Virus record (IMG/VR): IMGVR_UViG_3300036784_000120
Span: 1-64,000 of that record
From: a virus
Taxonomy: Duplodnaviria; Caudoviricetes
Strand: one strand, 5' to 3'
Length of the DNA: 64,000 nt
Every line of letters begins with the position of its first letter. Positions within the stretch are counted from its first letter, which is position 1. Positions 53,077-62,073 of this stretch are shown one piece after another. The notes below the pieces were generated by a model, which saw only the letters and a list, made by a program, of their open reading frames with translations, was not told the origin of the DNA and searched no databases. A program made the position numbers and the translations under genes.

Positions 53077-53367
53077 TCAACGGCTGAGCGGGGCCACGGC
53101 GAGGTATTCGTCGCTGCCCGGCTCACCGCCGGTGTCGAATGCCGTCCGGTCGTCGCCTTGCTCGGCCAGCAGCATCCTGTCGTCCACGAGCAGGAACACA
53201 TCGGCCATGTCGTCGCCGGGCTCAGCCCATGCGGCTACGGCGGTGAGCTGCTCGCAGGTGACGGTGATCTGCTTGCCAGCTGCAGTCAGGGTGACATCGC
53301 CGGAGGCGGGCAGCGCAACTGTCCGGTCTCGCAGGTCTTGGACGGTAAGGCGCAGGTCGTACAGCAT
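53077..53367 (-). CDS. Hypothetical protein
   Basis: GAAGGGA RBS; TATAAT upstream on minus strand (53413-53418). Confidence 0.55.
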   Translation of the reverse strand: MLYDLRLTVQDLRDRTVALPASGDVTLTAAGKQITVTCEQLTAVAAWAEPGDDMADVFLLVDDRMLLAEQGDDRTAFDTGGEPGSDEYLAVAPLSR

Positions 53368-53425
53368 TTTTCGGGGATCCCTTCGGGTCCGGACTTTTTT
53401 GCTTACATGACCATTATATGTCAAG

Positions 53426-53460
53426 TCCGCTTGCATGTACAGGGGGACGTACTGTACAAT
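53426..53460 (+). promoter_or_regulatory. Early promoter with paired TGTACA sites, copy 1
   Basis: TTGCAT-18 nt-TACAAT; ATG 6 nt later (leaderless). Confidence 0.75.
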
Positions 53461-53466
53461 TAAGTT

Positions 53467-53706
53467 ATGACAGGGACAAGGAAGCCGATGTTCGCGAACC
53501 TCACCGGCGACGAGCTGGCTGAGCTGGCGGACACGCTGAAGCGGTCACTGTCGGACACCGACCCGGCCACGCTGCCGGTGTCGTGGGTCTTTGAACTTTC
53601 ACTTCTGATCAAAGACGTTGAGGGCGCGCAGCGAGCCGCCCGGATGCGTGACGCAATACCGAGGAAGGCAGACGAGCACGATGACCGCAACCAAGCAGCG
53701 GCGTAA
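53467..53706 (+). CDS. Hypothetical protein
   Basis: Leaderless ORF after promoter. Confidence 0.55.
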   Translation: MTGTRKPMFANLTGDELAELADTLKRSLSDTDPATLPVSWVFELSLLIKDVEGAQRAARMRDAIPRKADEHDDRNQAAA

Positions 53707-54241
53707 CGAGCGGCCGAAGGGCCGCAGCACTGAGGAACGGCAGGCAGCCGCGCAGGCACTGCGCGACCGGCTCTCCAAGTTCACCGAAGAGGCCGACCCC
53801 GCCCTGCTGGCGATGCTCGCCGCCCGGTTCGCCGGGTACAGCGAGCGGAACGCATGGCTGATCGGCATGCAGGATCCGGACGCGACCGTCGTCCGCGGGT
53901 ATGAGGCGTGGCGCGCTGAAGGCCGCCAGGTCACCGCGGGCCCGAACGGCATCCAGATCATCTCCTACGCCGGCGATGACTCCCCCAAGGGTGAGGAGGC
54001 CGCGAAGGCACCGGCGAAGGAAGGCGAGGAAACCGAGAAGGTTAACCGCTGGTTCCGGCCCGCCTACGTGTTCGACATCCGGAACACCGAGCCGATCGTG
54101 TGCGAATGCGGCGAGCCGATCCGGCGGACCGGTTACGACAAGGCCACCCGCCGCAACATGTGGGTCCACTTCGACGCCGCGATCACCGGGCATGACGCCC
54201 GCCCGCCGCGCCGCGAGACCCCCGCGGAGGTGGCGGCATGA
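53681..54241 (+). CDS. ArdC-like N-terminal ssDNA-binding domain protein
   Basis: YSERNAWLIGMQ.P.AT.V.GYEAW...GRQV..G...VFDI..TE. Confidence 0.75.
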   Translation: MTATKQRRNERPKGRSTEERQAAAQALRDRLSKFTEEADPALLAMLAARFAGYSERNAWLIGMQDPDATVVRGYEAWRAEGRQVTAGPNGIQIISYAGDDSPKGEEAAKAPAKEGEETEKVNRWFRPAYVFDIRNTEPIVCECGEPIRRTGYDKATRRNMWVHFDAAITGHDARPPRRETPAEVAA

Positions 54242-54687
54242 CCTGCTGCCCGTGGCAGTTCCACGGTGCCGTCCGGGCGGAGAACCCGGACGGCACCGTC
54301 ACCTTGACGCTCACCGGCTGGAACTACACCAGCCACGAGCAGCGGCACCACGGCGACACTGCGACGTGCCGCTGGTGCAGGCAGCCCATCCACCGGGCCG
54401 GGCCAGTCGGCTGGGAAGCGGACACGCCGGGCGACTGCCCCGACGCCGGCCCGCTGCTGCCCGACCACTCACCCGAGCCGCTGCCGCAGGTGGTGCACGC
54501 CACAGAGCCGTGCATGACCCGCACCGTCCCGCTGCAGTTCTCCGGGAACGAGCAGGTGATGGAGTCCGGGACAGTCGCCGACATGGTGCACGAGCACGTG
54601 AGCGAGGACTACACGGTCGTGTGGCAGGGCCGCGGCTGGACTGTTGAGATCCGCAGCGACTACCCGCTGTGGCAGATGACTGGCTAG
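54238..54687 (+). CDS. Hypothetical protein
   Basis: ATGA overlap. Confidence 0.55.
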   Translation: MTCCPWQFHGAVRAENPDGTVTLTLTGWNYTSHEQRHHGDTATCRWCRQPIHRAGPVGWEADTPGDCPDAGPLLPDHSPEPLPQVVHATEPCMTRTVPLQFSGNEQVMESGTVADMVHEHVSEDYTVVWQGRGWTVEIRSDYPLWQMTG

Positions 54688-54698
54688 GGAGACGAGCG

Positions 54699-55397
54699 AT
54701 GGGATGCACCAGGCCTGACCACGCGGGAGTCCCGCAGGACGGCTGCACAGGCTGCGCCAGGGAATGCGAGGCTGAACTGACCCGGCTGGGCGACCAGCAG
54801 GCACGCAGCATCACTGACCGGCGCGGGTGGGAGGAACGCACCACGGCCGCGGCCCGCCGCGCCGCCCAGGATCACATGCGTACCTGGGCTGGCCTGTACT
54901 ACCTGCAGCCGGCGTTGACGGACCTGACCTTCCCGCTGGAAGAGACACTGGGCCGGGCTGCGAACGTTGACCCGGCCTGGGGCCGGACTAAGGATCAGCG
55001 GGCCCTGCTCGAAACGCTGAAGGTGCGCGCCGGGCAGGCGCAACAGCAACTGCAGGAGGTCGCGGCCGGCGCTGAGCCAGCCTGGCAGGCCGACCCGCGC
55101 GAGGCTGAAATCACCCGGCTGCGGCAGGTCATCACCGACCATGCGCAGGCGCTGCACAAGCAGTACGCCCCGCCGTCCGACGGGTTCACCGCATGCACCT
55201 GCCCCGGCTGCGAACTGATCCGCGCCATGGACACGGAGGTGACCTGCACTCACGCCGGTTCGGCGTGCGGAGGGTACAAGTGCCCCAACTGCCGGCGAGC
55301 GTCAGACACCCCGTTCAGTTGCCCGTGCGGCGCTGGCCGGGCTGACCACGTTCTCATCATCCCGGATGCCGTCGAGGCGGTGACCGAAGATGCCTGA
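54699..55397 (+). CDS. Hypothetical Cys-rich protein
   Basis: GGAG RBS; CTCPGC, CPNC. Confidence 0.55.
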   Translation: MGCTRPDHAGVPQDGCTGCARECEAELTRLGDQQARSITDRRGWEERTTAAARRAAQDHMRTWAGLYYLQPALTDLTFPLEETLGRAANVDPAWGRTKDQRALLETLKVRAGQAQQQLQEVAAGAEPAWQADPREAEITRLRQVITDHAQALHKQYAPPSDGFTACTCPGCELIRAMDTEVTCTHAGSACGGYKCPNCRRASDTPFSCPCGAGRADHVLIIPDAVEAVTEDA

Positions 55398-55662
55398 CCG
55401 CCCGCCCGCCAAGCTGGCGAACGAGTCAGCGCTCGGCACCTACTCATTCACCTGGACCAGCGCCGACGGGGCGCGGATGGGAGTCATGTGGGGTGACGGC
55501 ATGGCCGCCCCGATGGCGTTCCGCGGCAAGGCGACCCGCGACGTGGTGAACCCGGAACGGTTCGGCTGGAAACCGCCGAAGAAAGCCGCCGACTTCAAGC
55601 AGTTCGCGCAGGCGTTCGCCGACGAGTTCGAGGCCGGCTACGACGAAGAGGAACCGGCGTGA
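55390..55662 (+). CDS. Hypothetical protein
   Basis: Coupled ORF. Confidence 0.6.
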   Translation: MPDRPPAKLANESALGTYSFTWTSADGARMGVMWGDGMAAPMAFRGKATRDVVNPERFGWKPPKKAADFKQFAQAFADEFEAGYDEEEPA

Positions 55663-55946
55663 TGATCATCGACCAGTCCAGGATCAACGCGCCGGACTTC
55701 CCCCGCAGCCAGGAATGGTGGCGGCGGTTCGTACCGGAATGGGTGACCGTCACGGTGCGCGACGACGGCACCGTGACGCTGGAACCCAGCAGCCTCGTCA
55801 TGCGCTACACCGCCGAACGGGGCACCTGGTGGGAACCCGGCGACCTGAAAGCAGCAGCACTCAGACATCGCGCGAAGTCGCTGGCCCAGTGGGTCGGCGG
55901 CCTCCCGCGCCTATCAGTAGCGATCGTGGAAGAGACAGGACAATGA
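55659..55946 (+). CDS. Hypothetical protein
   Basis: Coupled ORF. Confidence 0.55.
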   Translation: MMIIDQSRINAPDFPRSQEWWRRFVPEWVTVTVRDDGTVTLEPSSLVMRYTAERGTWWEPGDLKAAALRHRAKSLAQWVGGLPRLSVAIVEETGQ

Positions 55947-57892
55947 CACTAGAAAGGCTCCCCCATCCGGCGATTGTGTGCTCAGGCACGCAACTGCTGA
56001 AGGTCATAACCGAACTCGAGGCAGGGACGTACCCGCAGCCCGACGATGCGATCTGGCGCGACGACCTGCCCCGCGACCTGGCGGTGCGGCTCGCGCTGGC
56101 CACCGGCGCGACCGCCGAGCAGATCGCGGAGATCACCAGCCAGCCCGCCGCCGGTGCCACCATCGCGGGGACGGCAGCCGACGGCAGCCTGGCCGTGGTC
56201 GCGGAGACACGCCACACGGACATCACGGAACCCGCGGCCGACCCGCCGGACATCATCATCCGGCACACGCACGAAGACGGGACACTGGTCCTCGGCACCA
56301 GCAAGAACGACGGGGTGTACGAACTGATCGGCCCTAAGACCGCCGCCCGGTTCCGGTACTTCCCGTCGATCAAGATGATCGGGATCCCGCAGTCCCGCGA
56401 CCACCTCGCCAAGCGGTGGCAGATCGACATGGCGCGTAAGGCGCTGGAAGCGGCCGGGTTCACCGTCGCCGTGGAGATCGACGACACGCCCCGCGACGTG
56501 GCCCAGGCCAAGGCGGACCGGGCCGGCCGGCTCGACGACCGCTACGACCGGCTGACCGCCGCAGCGGACCGGAATCAGCAGGAGGGCGACGCGCGGTGGG
56601 CACGCGCCACCGAGATCGTCGACGCGCGCAACGGCCAGCCTCGCCTCGCCGGGCATCACTCGACGCGGCGCTGGGACGCCGACGCGAAGCGCATCGACCA
56701 GAACGAGCAGGGAGCGAAGACCGCATACCGGAAGGCAGCGCGGGCCGCCACCGCCGCGAGCGTGGTCGGCGACGCCGACGCCTACCGGGAACTTCCCCCG
56801 GTGATCATCCGCCGCATCGACAAGAACGAGGCCGAACTGCGGCAGACCATGCACTACATCAACGGGACCCGGCCGGCGAACGACTGGCGCGGTGCCTACA
56901 GCATGGACCGCGAGCCCGCGACCGGTGACTGGCTCGAGCAACTGACCGCCCGCAAGACGTTCATTGAGCACCAGCTGGAAGCCGACCGCGCCGCGCTCGC
57001 CGAGCATGAGAAGAACGGGTACGTGCGGCTGACCCGCGAGACGGTGCACAAGGGCGACACCGTGACCTGGGCGGGAGGATGGGGCGGCAACAGCGCCACC
57101 GTGACCCGCGTCAACCCGAAAACGGTCACCCTCAACAGGGACCGCTACCCGCGGACCCTGCCGTATGAGCAGATCAGGACGGTGGAATGCCCGCACGCCG
57201 ACCTGGACGGCAGCCCGGAGACCGTCACGGTCACCCGGCCGCGCAGGCAGCGGCGGCGGGACCGGGTGGAGGTCAGCGAGCAGGCGCGTGCCGTTATCGG
57301 TCAGCAAGTGCGGCTCGAGGAACCGCTGACGGTGGCCGCGTCAACGGAATGCTTCCAGACCCCGCCCGCCGTGGTCGCCGAGATGATCAGCGCCGCCGCG
57401 CTCGAGCCGCACATGACGGTCCTGGAACCGTCCGCCGGCCTGGGAGCGATCGCGCTCGCGGTCGCGCCGCTGGTCGCCGCTGTCGACTGCATCGAAAACG
57501 AAAGCCAGCTAGTGGGGCGGCTGCTCGCCGCCTGGAACCCGGAGAAGGGCGCGGTGGAATACGCGGACTTCCTCGAGATCCAGCCGAACCCGATCCGGAT
57601 GTATGACCGGGTGCTGATGAACCCGCCGTTCAGCCGACAGGCCGACATCAAGCATGTCCTGCATGCGCTCGGGTTCCTGCGGCCCGGCGGGCTGCTCGTG
57701 GCGGTCATGTCCGCCGGGGTCGAGTTCCGGCAGGACAAGACGGCGACCGCGTTCCGGGAACTGGTCGCTGCCCGCGGCGGCCGGATCGAGCGGCTCGACG
57801 ACGACGCGTTCGCCGGGGCCGGGATCAGTGTCCGCACCGTGCTGGCCATCATCCCGGCCAGCACAGAGACAGAACAGGAGGAAGCGGCATGA
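55943..57892 (+). CDS. DUF3560-like domain fused to N6-adenine methyltransferase
   Basis: GQPRLAGHHS DUF3560-like motif; FQTP, VLEPSAGLG, DFL, YDRVLMNPPF. Confidence 0.8.
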   Translation: MTLERLPHPAIVCSGTQLLKVITELEAGTYPQPDDAIWRDDLPRDLAVRLALATGATAEQIAEITSQPAAGATIAGTAADGSLAVVAETRHTDITEPAADPPDIIIRHTHEDGTLVLGTSKNDGVYELIGPKTAARFRYFPSIKMIGIPQSRDHLAKRWQIDMARKALEAAGFTVAVEIDDTPRDVAQAKADRAGRLDDRYDRLTAAADRNQQEGDARWARATEIVDARNGQPRLAGHHSTRRWDADAKRIDQNEQGAKTAYRKAARAATAASVVGDADAYRELPPVIIRRIDKNEAELRQTMHYINGTRPANDWRGAYSMDREPATGDWLEQLTARKTFIEHQLEADRAALAEHEKNGYVRLTRETVHKGDTVTWAGGWGGNSATVTRVNPKTVTLNRDRYPRTLPYEQIRTVECPHADLDGSPETVTVTRPRRQRRRDRVEVSEQARAVIGQQVRLEEPLTVAASTECFQTPPAVVAEMISAAALEPHMTVLEPSAGLGAIALAVAPLVAAVDCIENESQLVGRLLAAWNPEKGAVEYADFLEIQPNPIRMYDRVLMNPPFSRQADIKHVLHALGFLRPGGLLVAVMSAGVEFRQDKTATAFRELVAARGGRIERLDDDAFAGAGISVRTVLAIIPASTETEQEEAA

Positions 57893-58173
57893 GCACCGAC
57901 ACCCAGCCGGCCGAGGCAGAGTGCATTGCTGTCCGTGATGCGATTACTGCGTGGCAGAACGGCGAGGAGGGCGCGCGGGACCGGCTCAACACCATCTTCG
58001 CGAGCTGGGCAGCCAACAGCTTGCCGCTCACCCTGAAGGACCGGTACGACATCGCCGACTCCATCGCGATGACCATCACGGCCGGCATCTCCCCGTACCT
58101 GGAAGCCACGGTGCTACGGCTGGCTGCACGGACGCGTGAGTGCCCCGGGGACTCAGACGGGAGCAAGGCATGA
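57889..58173 (+). CDS. Hypothetical protein
   Basis: ATGA overlap. Confidence 0.55.
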   Translation: MSTDTQPAEAECIAVRDAITAWQNGEEGARDRLNTIFASWAANSLPLTLKDRYDIADSIAMTITAGISPYLEATVLRLAARTRECPGDSDGSKA

Positions 58174-58439
58174 GCGATCCGTTTACCCGCAAGGTCCCGA
58201 CTCTGGCCGAGCAGACCGCGCTGACGGCGCAGGCCGTCGACACCGACCCGCGGCTGCTGTACCGCCCGCGTACCCGTTCCTATGCGCTGTACGTCGAGGG
58301 GCGCGAGCTGGGCCCGTGCCACATCTGCGGCGGCGAGGCTGACGGCGAGTGCGTGATCTGCGACCGGCCGGTGTGCGACGAGGACGCGCGGATGAAGGAT
58401 CACGACCGGTACTGCACGGGTTGCGCGCCACACCCATAA
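58170..58439 (+). CDS. Zn-finger hypothetical protein
   Basis: CHIC, CVIC, C, CTGC. Confidence 0.55.
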   Translation: MSDPFTRKVPTLAEQTALTAQAVDTDPRLLYRPRTRSYALYVEGRELGPCHICGGEADGECVICDRPVCDEDARMKDHDRYCTGCAPHP

Positions 58440-58443
58440 GGGG

Positions 58444-58494
58444 AAAAGCCCCGGAGGACCGAGACCCAGCGGGGGGTCTCGGTCCTCCGGCTTT
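58444..58494. terminator. Bidirectional terminator between convergent operons
   Basis: 17-bp perfect stem 58451-58467/58474-58490 flanked by AAAA and TTT. Confidence 0.85.
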
Positions 58495-58501
58495 CTGGCG
58501 C

Positions 58502-58981
58502 TCAGGCGGCGTGGCTGAACAGCGCGCGGAGCGCCGCGGCCTGCGCCGGGGTGTAGCCGGCGGACAGCCGCAGGATCGCGGTGCCGGCGCTGTAGTCGTA
58601 CCCGTCACCGAACGGGGCGGTGAACACCCGCAGGTAGGACAGCCGTTCCTGCATGGCTTCCGCGGCGGGGAACACTTCGATGCTTCCCCCGGCGACCCCG
58701 GTCGTGGTTTCGGGCTGGGCGGTGTAGCCTCCCCAGCTCGCTTTGCTGGTGTAGCCGTTCTGGCGGCCGAGCAGGTGGTTCGGGTCGGTCGCGGCGTTGT
58801 AAACCGTGTATCCGGCCTGCTGGGACAGTCCCATCTGCTGGGCTATGGCACCCGCGGTCGGGGTGCCGTGGCTGGCCTGCGCCGCGGCCGGCGGCGGGCT
58901 GCTTGTGCCTGCCGTCCCGCATCCGGCCAGCGGTGCCGCCGCCGCTATGGCCAGCGCCGCCGCTGCCGCCAGTTTCCTCAT
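58502..58981 (-). CDS. Lipoprotein
   Basis: MRKLAAAAALAIAAAAPLAGC lipobox; DPNHLLGRQNGYTSKA. Confidence 0.8.
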   Translation of the reverse strand: MRKLAAAAALAIAAAAPLAGCGTAGTSSPPPAAAQASHGTPTAGAIAQQMGLSQQAGYTVYNAATDPNHLLGRQNGYTSKASWGGYTAQPETTTGVAGGSIEVFPAAEAMQERLSYLRVFTAPFGDGYDYSAGTAILRLSAGYTPAQAAALRALFSHAA

Positions 58982-59157
58982 GACGACGCGCGGCGGCGGG
59001 TGGCGCGGCGGCGGTAGAGGCGGAAGTTTGACCACCAGGCTGCGGCTGCCAGCGCCACGCCGAGCAGGTACAGCGGCTGCCCGCGCCACACCGCGAGCGC
59101 GATGAAGAACAAGGCCAGGACCGTGCTGGAAGCCGCAGCCAGCAGGTTCACTTTCAT
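58978..59157 (-). CDS. 59-aa two-TM membrane protein
   Basis: ATGA overlaps at both ends; MKVNLLAAASSTVLALFFIALAVWRGQPLYLLGVALAAAAWW. Confidence 0.6.
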   Translation of the reverse strand: MKVNLLAAASSTVLALFFIALAVWRGQPLYLLGVALAAAAWWSNFRLYRRRATRRRASS

Positions 59158-59384
59158 GACGACGCCTCAAGGCGGGAGAGAAGCAGCTGCGTGACCGCAT
59201 CGGGGCCGCCGGCGGCGTGCACTGCCTCGCCGAGCTCGGCGGGGACGAGCGCGGCCTGCGGCTTGTCTCGCCGGGTGAGGATGATCACCGTCCGGCGGAT
59301 GCGTACCTGGGCGGTGATCTCTGACAGGTTGGCCCGCGCGGTCGCGACCGGTTCCCTCGCGATCGGTTCCTCGTTGATGTCCAT
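59154..59384 (-). CDS. Phd/YefM family antitoxin-like DNA-binding protein (orphan)
   Basis: PVATARANLSEITAQV...VIILTRRDKPQAALVP; leaderless after TACCCT. Confidence 0.82.
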   Translation of the reverse strand: MDINEEPIAREPVATARANLSEITAQVRIRRTVIILTRRDKPQAALVPAELGEAVHAAGGPDAVTQLLLSRLEASS

Positions 59385-59401
59385 GCCGTTTAGGGTACCA
59401 C

Positions 59402-59436
59402 TCCGCTTGCATGTACAGGGCGACGTATTGTACAAT
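59402..59436 (+). promoter_or_regulatory. Early promoter with paired TGTACA sites, copy 2
   Basis: 33/35 identical to 53426-53460. Confidence 0.75.
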
Positions 59437-59464
59437 TGGATCATACGGAGAGGATCCATCAGCC

Positions 59465-60607
59465 ATGACAATGATTCAGGTAAACCGCAAGGAACTCGCC
59501 GACGCGATCGCGTTCGCGAGCCTCGCCCTGCCGCGGCACCCCGTGGTGCCCGTGCTCGCCGCCCTGCGGGTGGACGTGCTCGCGGGAACCGTCACCTTCT
59601 CGGCGTTCGACTATGAGGTGTCCGCCCGCGTCAACGTGACCGGGCAGGGCGACGGGCCCGCCACGGGGACGCTCGTGTACGGCAAGGAACTAGCCGCCGC
59701 AGTCAAGAGCCTGCCGAAGGGCAAGGCCGGCACCACGGCGGAACTGGAAGTGACCGGCGCGGGCGTCACCGTCCGCTGCGACGGCGTTGAGGCGTTCGCC
59801 GCGGCGCTGCCCGCCGAAGCGCACACCGAGTACCCGAAGCTGCCCGACCTGCCCGATGAGGCAGGCGTCGTCGACGCCGCCGCGTTCGCGCGGTCCGTCG
59901 CCAGGGTCGCCGCCGGTGCCGGCAGGGACGACACGCTGCCCGTGCTGACCTGCGTCAACCTGACCAGCGACGGTGGCGTGCTCGAGCTGGCCAGCACCGA
60001 CCGGTACCGGCTGTCCGTCGATCAGCTCGACTGGAACGGCCCGGACATGGACGGTGTGAAGGTGCCCGCCGTGATCCTCGCGAAGTACGCGAAGGCAGCC
60101 GGCAAGGCCGGGAAGGTGTCGCTGTACTTCGGCGGCGAGGCCGACAGCGAGTTCGCCGGGTTCAGCGACGGGACACGGACCCTGACCGTCCGCACCAACT
60201 CGGGCGAGTTCCCCAGGTACCGGAGGCTGCTGCCGACGCGGGCCGACGCCAGCACGACCGTGACCGGCGACGCGCAGACGCTGCGCGCCGCTGTGGACCG
60301 GGCCGGGAAGCTGACGGCGCGCGGCGAGCGGATGGGGTTCGCCGTCGCCGACGGCAAGGTCACCGTCACCGCCGTTAAGGACGGCAACACGGTGAGCACC
60401 CAGCATGTCACCGCCACCGTGGACGGCCCGGATGTGGACGCCGGATTCAACGCCGCCTACCTCGCGTCAGTGCTCGCCGGGTTCGACGGTCCCGTCACGA
60501 TCGGCCTGAACGCGAACGATGAGGGCGTCGTGCTCAAGCCCGCGCTGCTGACCGCCGACGGTGACAAGTTCACCGCCGTGGTCATGCCGATCCGCAAGGC
60601 GGCGTGA
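59465..60607 (+). CDS. dnaN: DNA polymerase III beta sliding clamp homolog
   Basis: PVVPVL...FDYEVS...YPKLP...DDTLPVLT...STDRYRL...GEFPRY..LLP...FNAAYL...KPA...VVMPIR. Confidence 0.9.
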   Translation: MTMIQVNRKELADAIAFASLALPRHPVVPVLAALRVDVLAGTVTFSAFDYEVSARVNVTGQGDGPATGTLVYGKELAAAVKSLPKGKAGTTAELEVTGAGVTVRCDGVEAFAAALPAEAHTEYPKLPDLPDEAGVVDAAAFARSVARVAAGAGRDDTLPVLTCVNLTSDGGVLELASTDRYRLSVDQLDWNGPDMDGVKVPAVILAKYAKAAGKAGKVSLYFGGEADSEFAGFSDGTRTLTVRTNSGEFPRYRRLLPTRADASTTVTGDAQTLRAAVDRAGKLTARGERMGFAVADGKVTVTAVKDGNTVSTQHVTATVDGPDVDAGFNAAYLASVLAGFDGPVTIGLNANDEGVVLKPALLTADGDKFTAVVMPIRKAA

Positions 60608-60624
60608 CCGGGTGGCGCAAGGTC

Positions 60625-60659
60625 GTCAGGGCCGGGGAGGAACACTCCCCGGCCCTGAC
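60625..60659. terminator. Hairpin between convergent units
   Basis: GTCAGGGCCGGGGAG/CTCCCCGGCCCTGAC. Confidence 0.7.
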
Positions 60660-60772
60660 ATTTCTGCTGCCAGCCGAGTTGCTGCCTTCTCCGCGGCCTC
60701 CGGGGGTACGCCCGCCTGGGTCATGCAGGAAATCAGGAAGTCGATGCCCTGCTGCCGCTGCTGGTCATCCAT
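60626..60772 (-). CDS. 48-aa hypothetical protein
   Basis: TGATG overlap with upstream gene; MDDQQRQQGIDFLISCMTQAG... Confidence 0.45.
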   Translation of the reverse strand: MDDQQRQQGIDFLISCMTQAGVPPEAAEKAATRLAAEMSGPGSVPPRP

Positions 60773-62073
60773 CAGGTGCTCCGCACGTAGTCGTCGATGA
60801 TCTGCGCCATCGGCGCGATGGCGGCGACAATGGCCGCGGCGATCGGCGCGATGCCGGTCACGATCCCGGCGATGGCCAGGCCCACCCCGGCCGTCACGAA
60901 CAGTGAGTACGCCACCAGGTGGACACGATCTTGCCGGTTGGCCTCGTTGTCGCCGTCGATCGCCTGCTTGCGAAGGAACGAGATCGTCCGCTGCTGGCTC
61001 TTGTGAAGCGCGGTGAGCTGCTTCTCCACCTCGTCATGCTGCTGCTGGGTGATCTGCCCGACCTGCCTGGCCACTTCCGCCGCGACCCGCGCATCGACGT
61101 ATGCCTTGAGCGCTGCCTGGCTGGCTCCGGGCGCTGCCAGGCTGGCCAGGGCAGGGTCGGTCTGCTGTAGCTTCTCCCCCACGGTGCCCGGCGTCGTCTT
61201 GAGAGCCTGGCCCCTGGCGACCGCTTCCTGGTGAGCAGGCGTCGGCACAGCCGCGAACACGGCAGCCGCCTGCGCCGCCGTGTCAGGCTGCCCGCTCGGC
61301 TCCGGGCGCGGCGCCACTGCCGCCTCCCTCGGGCGGAGCAGCTCGTTCATCGCCTCGGGAGCGACCCGTCCGTGCTGCCTCTCAGCCGGCGGGACATGGT
61401 ACGCCGGAACTGACGTGTGCACGGACGCACGATGCGTGGCCGGGGTTCCGGCGGCGGTTCTCGGCGTAGCCGGGCTGACTGCCTTCTCCGCTGCCCGCTG
61501 CGCCCGCACGATCTTCGCGGTGTGCTGACGGACCAGTTCCTCCTGATCAGGCGTCAGCTGGCGGCCCTGCGCGCTGGACACCGTGGCGTACCTCTTGGCC
61601 ACGAGCGCCGGGGACTCCCCGCGCTGCACGGCAGCGGCTTTAGCTTCCACGACCTTCTCGGCACGTCGTGCCTTGTTCTTCTCCCATTGCGCCGCCACCG
61701 CCGCCGACGTGTCGTTGAGCTGCTGGCCGATCAGCGGGAGCCAGCCGTGCCGGTACGTGAAGCTGGTGCCGGGGATGTGGTGACCGTGGATGGCCGCCAG
61801 GTCGAGTTGCTCCCAGATGGTCACCGGCTGGGACAGTTGCGCGCTGATCGGCACGGCGACCGTGGCCGCGGGGGCAGGCGGCCTCAGCGTGCCCACGAGG
61901 CGGGACAGCATCACCGACGCATCCCCGAGCTCGTTCGCCTCCGCGCCGTCCGCTCCGGCCGCCATCTCCCGGACGGCTTCCAGGGCGGCCGCGGCCCGCT
62001 GCTGCGGGTCCCGCCACGCCCAGCGCATGATCGAGCGCGCTTCCTCGCCCGCCGCCGTCAGCTGGACGCTCAT
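60772..62073 (-). CDS. Head-associated protein with C-terminal transmembrane hairpin
   Basis: HIPGTSFTYRHGWLP motif; coiled coil; two C-terminal hydrophobic helices. Confidence 0.65.
   Translation of the reverse strand: MSVQLTAAGEEARSIMRWAWRDPQQRAAAALEAVREMAAGADGAEANELGDASVMLSRLVGTLRPPAPAATVAVPISAQLSQPVTIWEQLDLAAIHGHHIPGTSFTYRHGWLPLIGQQLNDTSAAVAAQWEKNKARRAEKVVEAKAAAVQRGESPALVAKRYATVSSAQGRQLTPDQEELVRQHTAKIVRAQRAAEKAVSPATPRTAAGTPATHRASVHTSVPAYHVPPAERQHGRVAPEAMNELLRPREAAVAPRPEPSGQPDTAAQAAAVFAAVPTPAHQEAVARGQALKTTPGTVGEKLQQTDPALASLAAPGASQAALKAYVDARVAAEVARQVGQITQQQHDEVEKQLTALHKSQQRTISFLRKQAIDGDNEANRQDRVHLVAYSLFVTAGVGLAIAGIVTGIAPIAAAIVAAIAPMAQIIDDYVRST

Noticed and set aside
53399-53426. Chromosomal dif site (ATATGTCAAGT resembles an XerD arm)
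   Set aside because: No convincing XerC arm; overlaps divergent promoter elements
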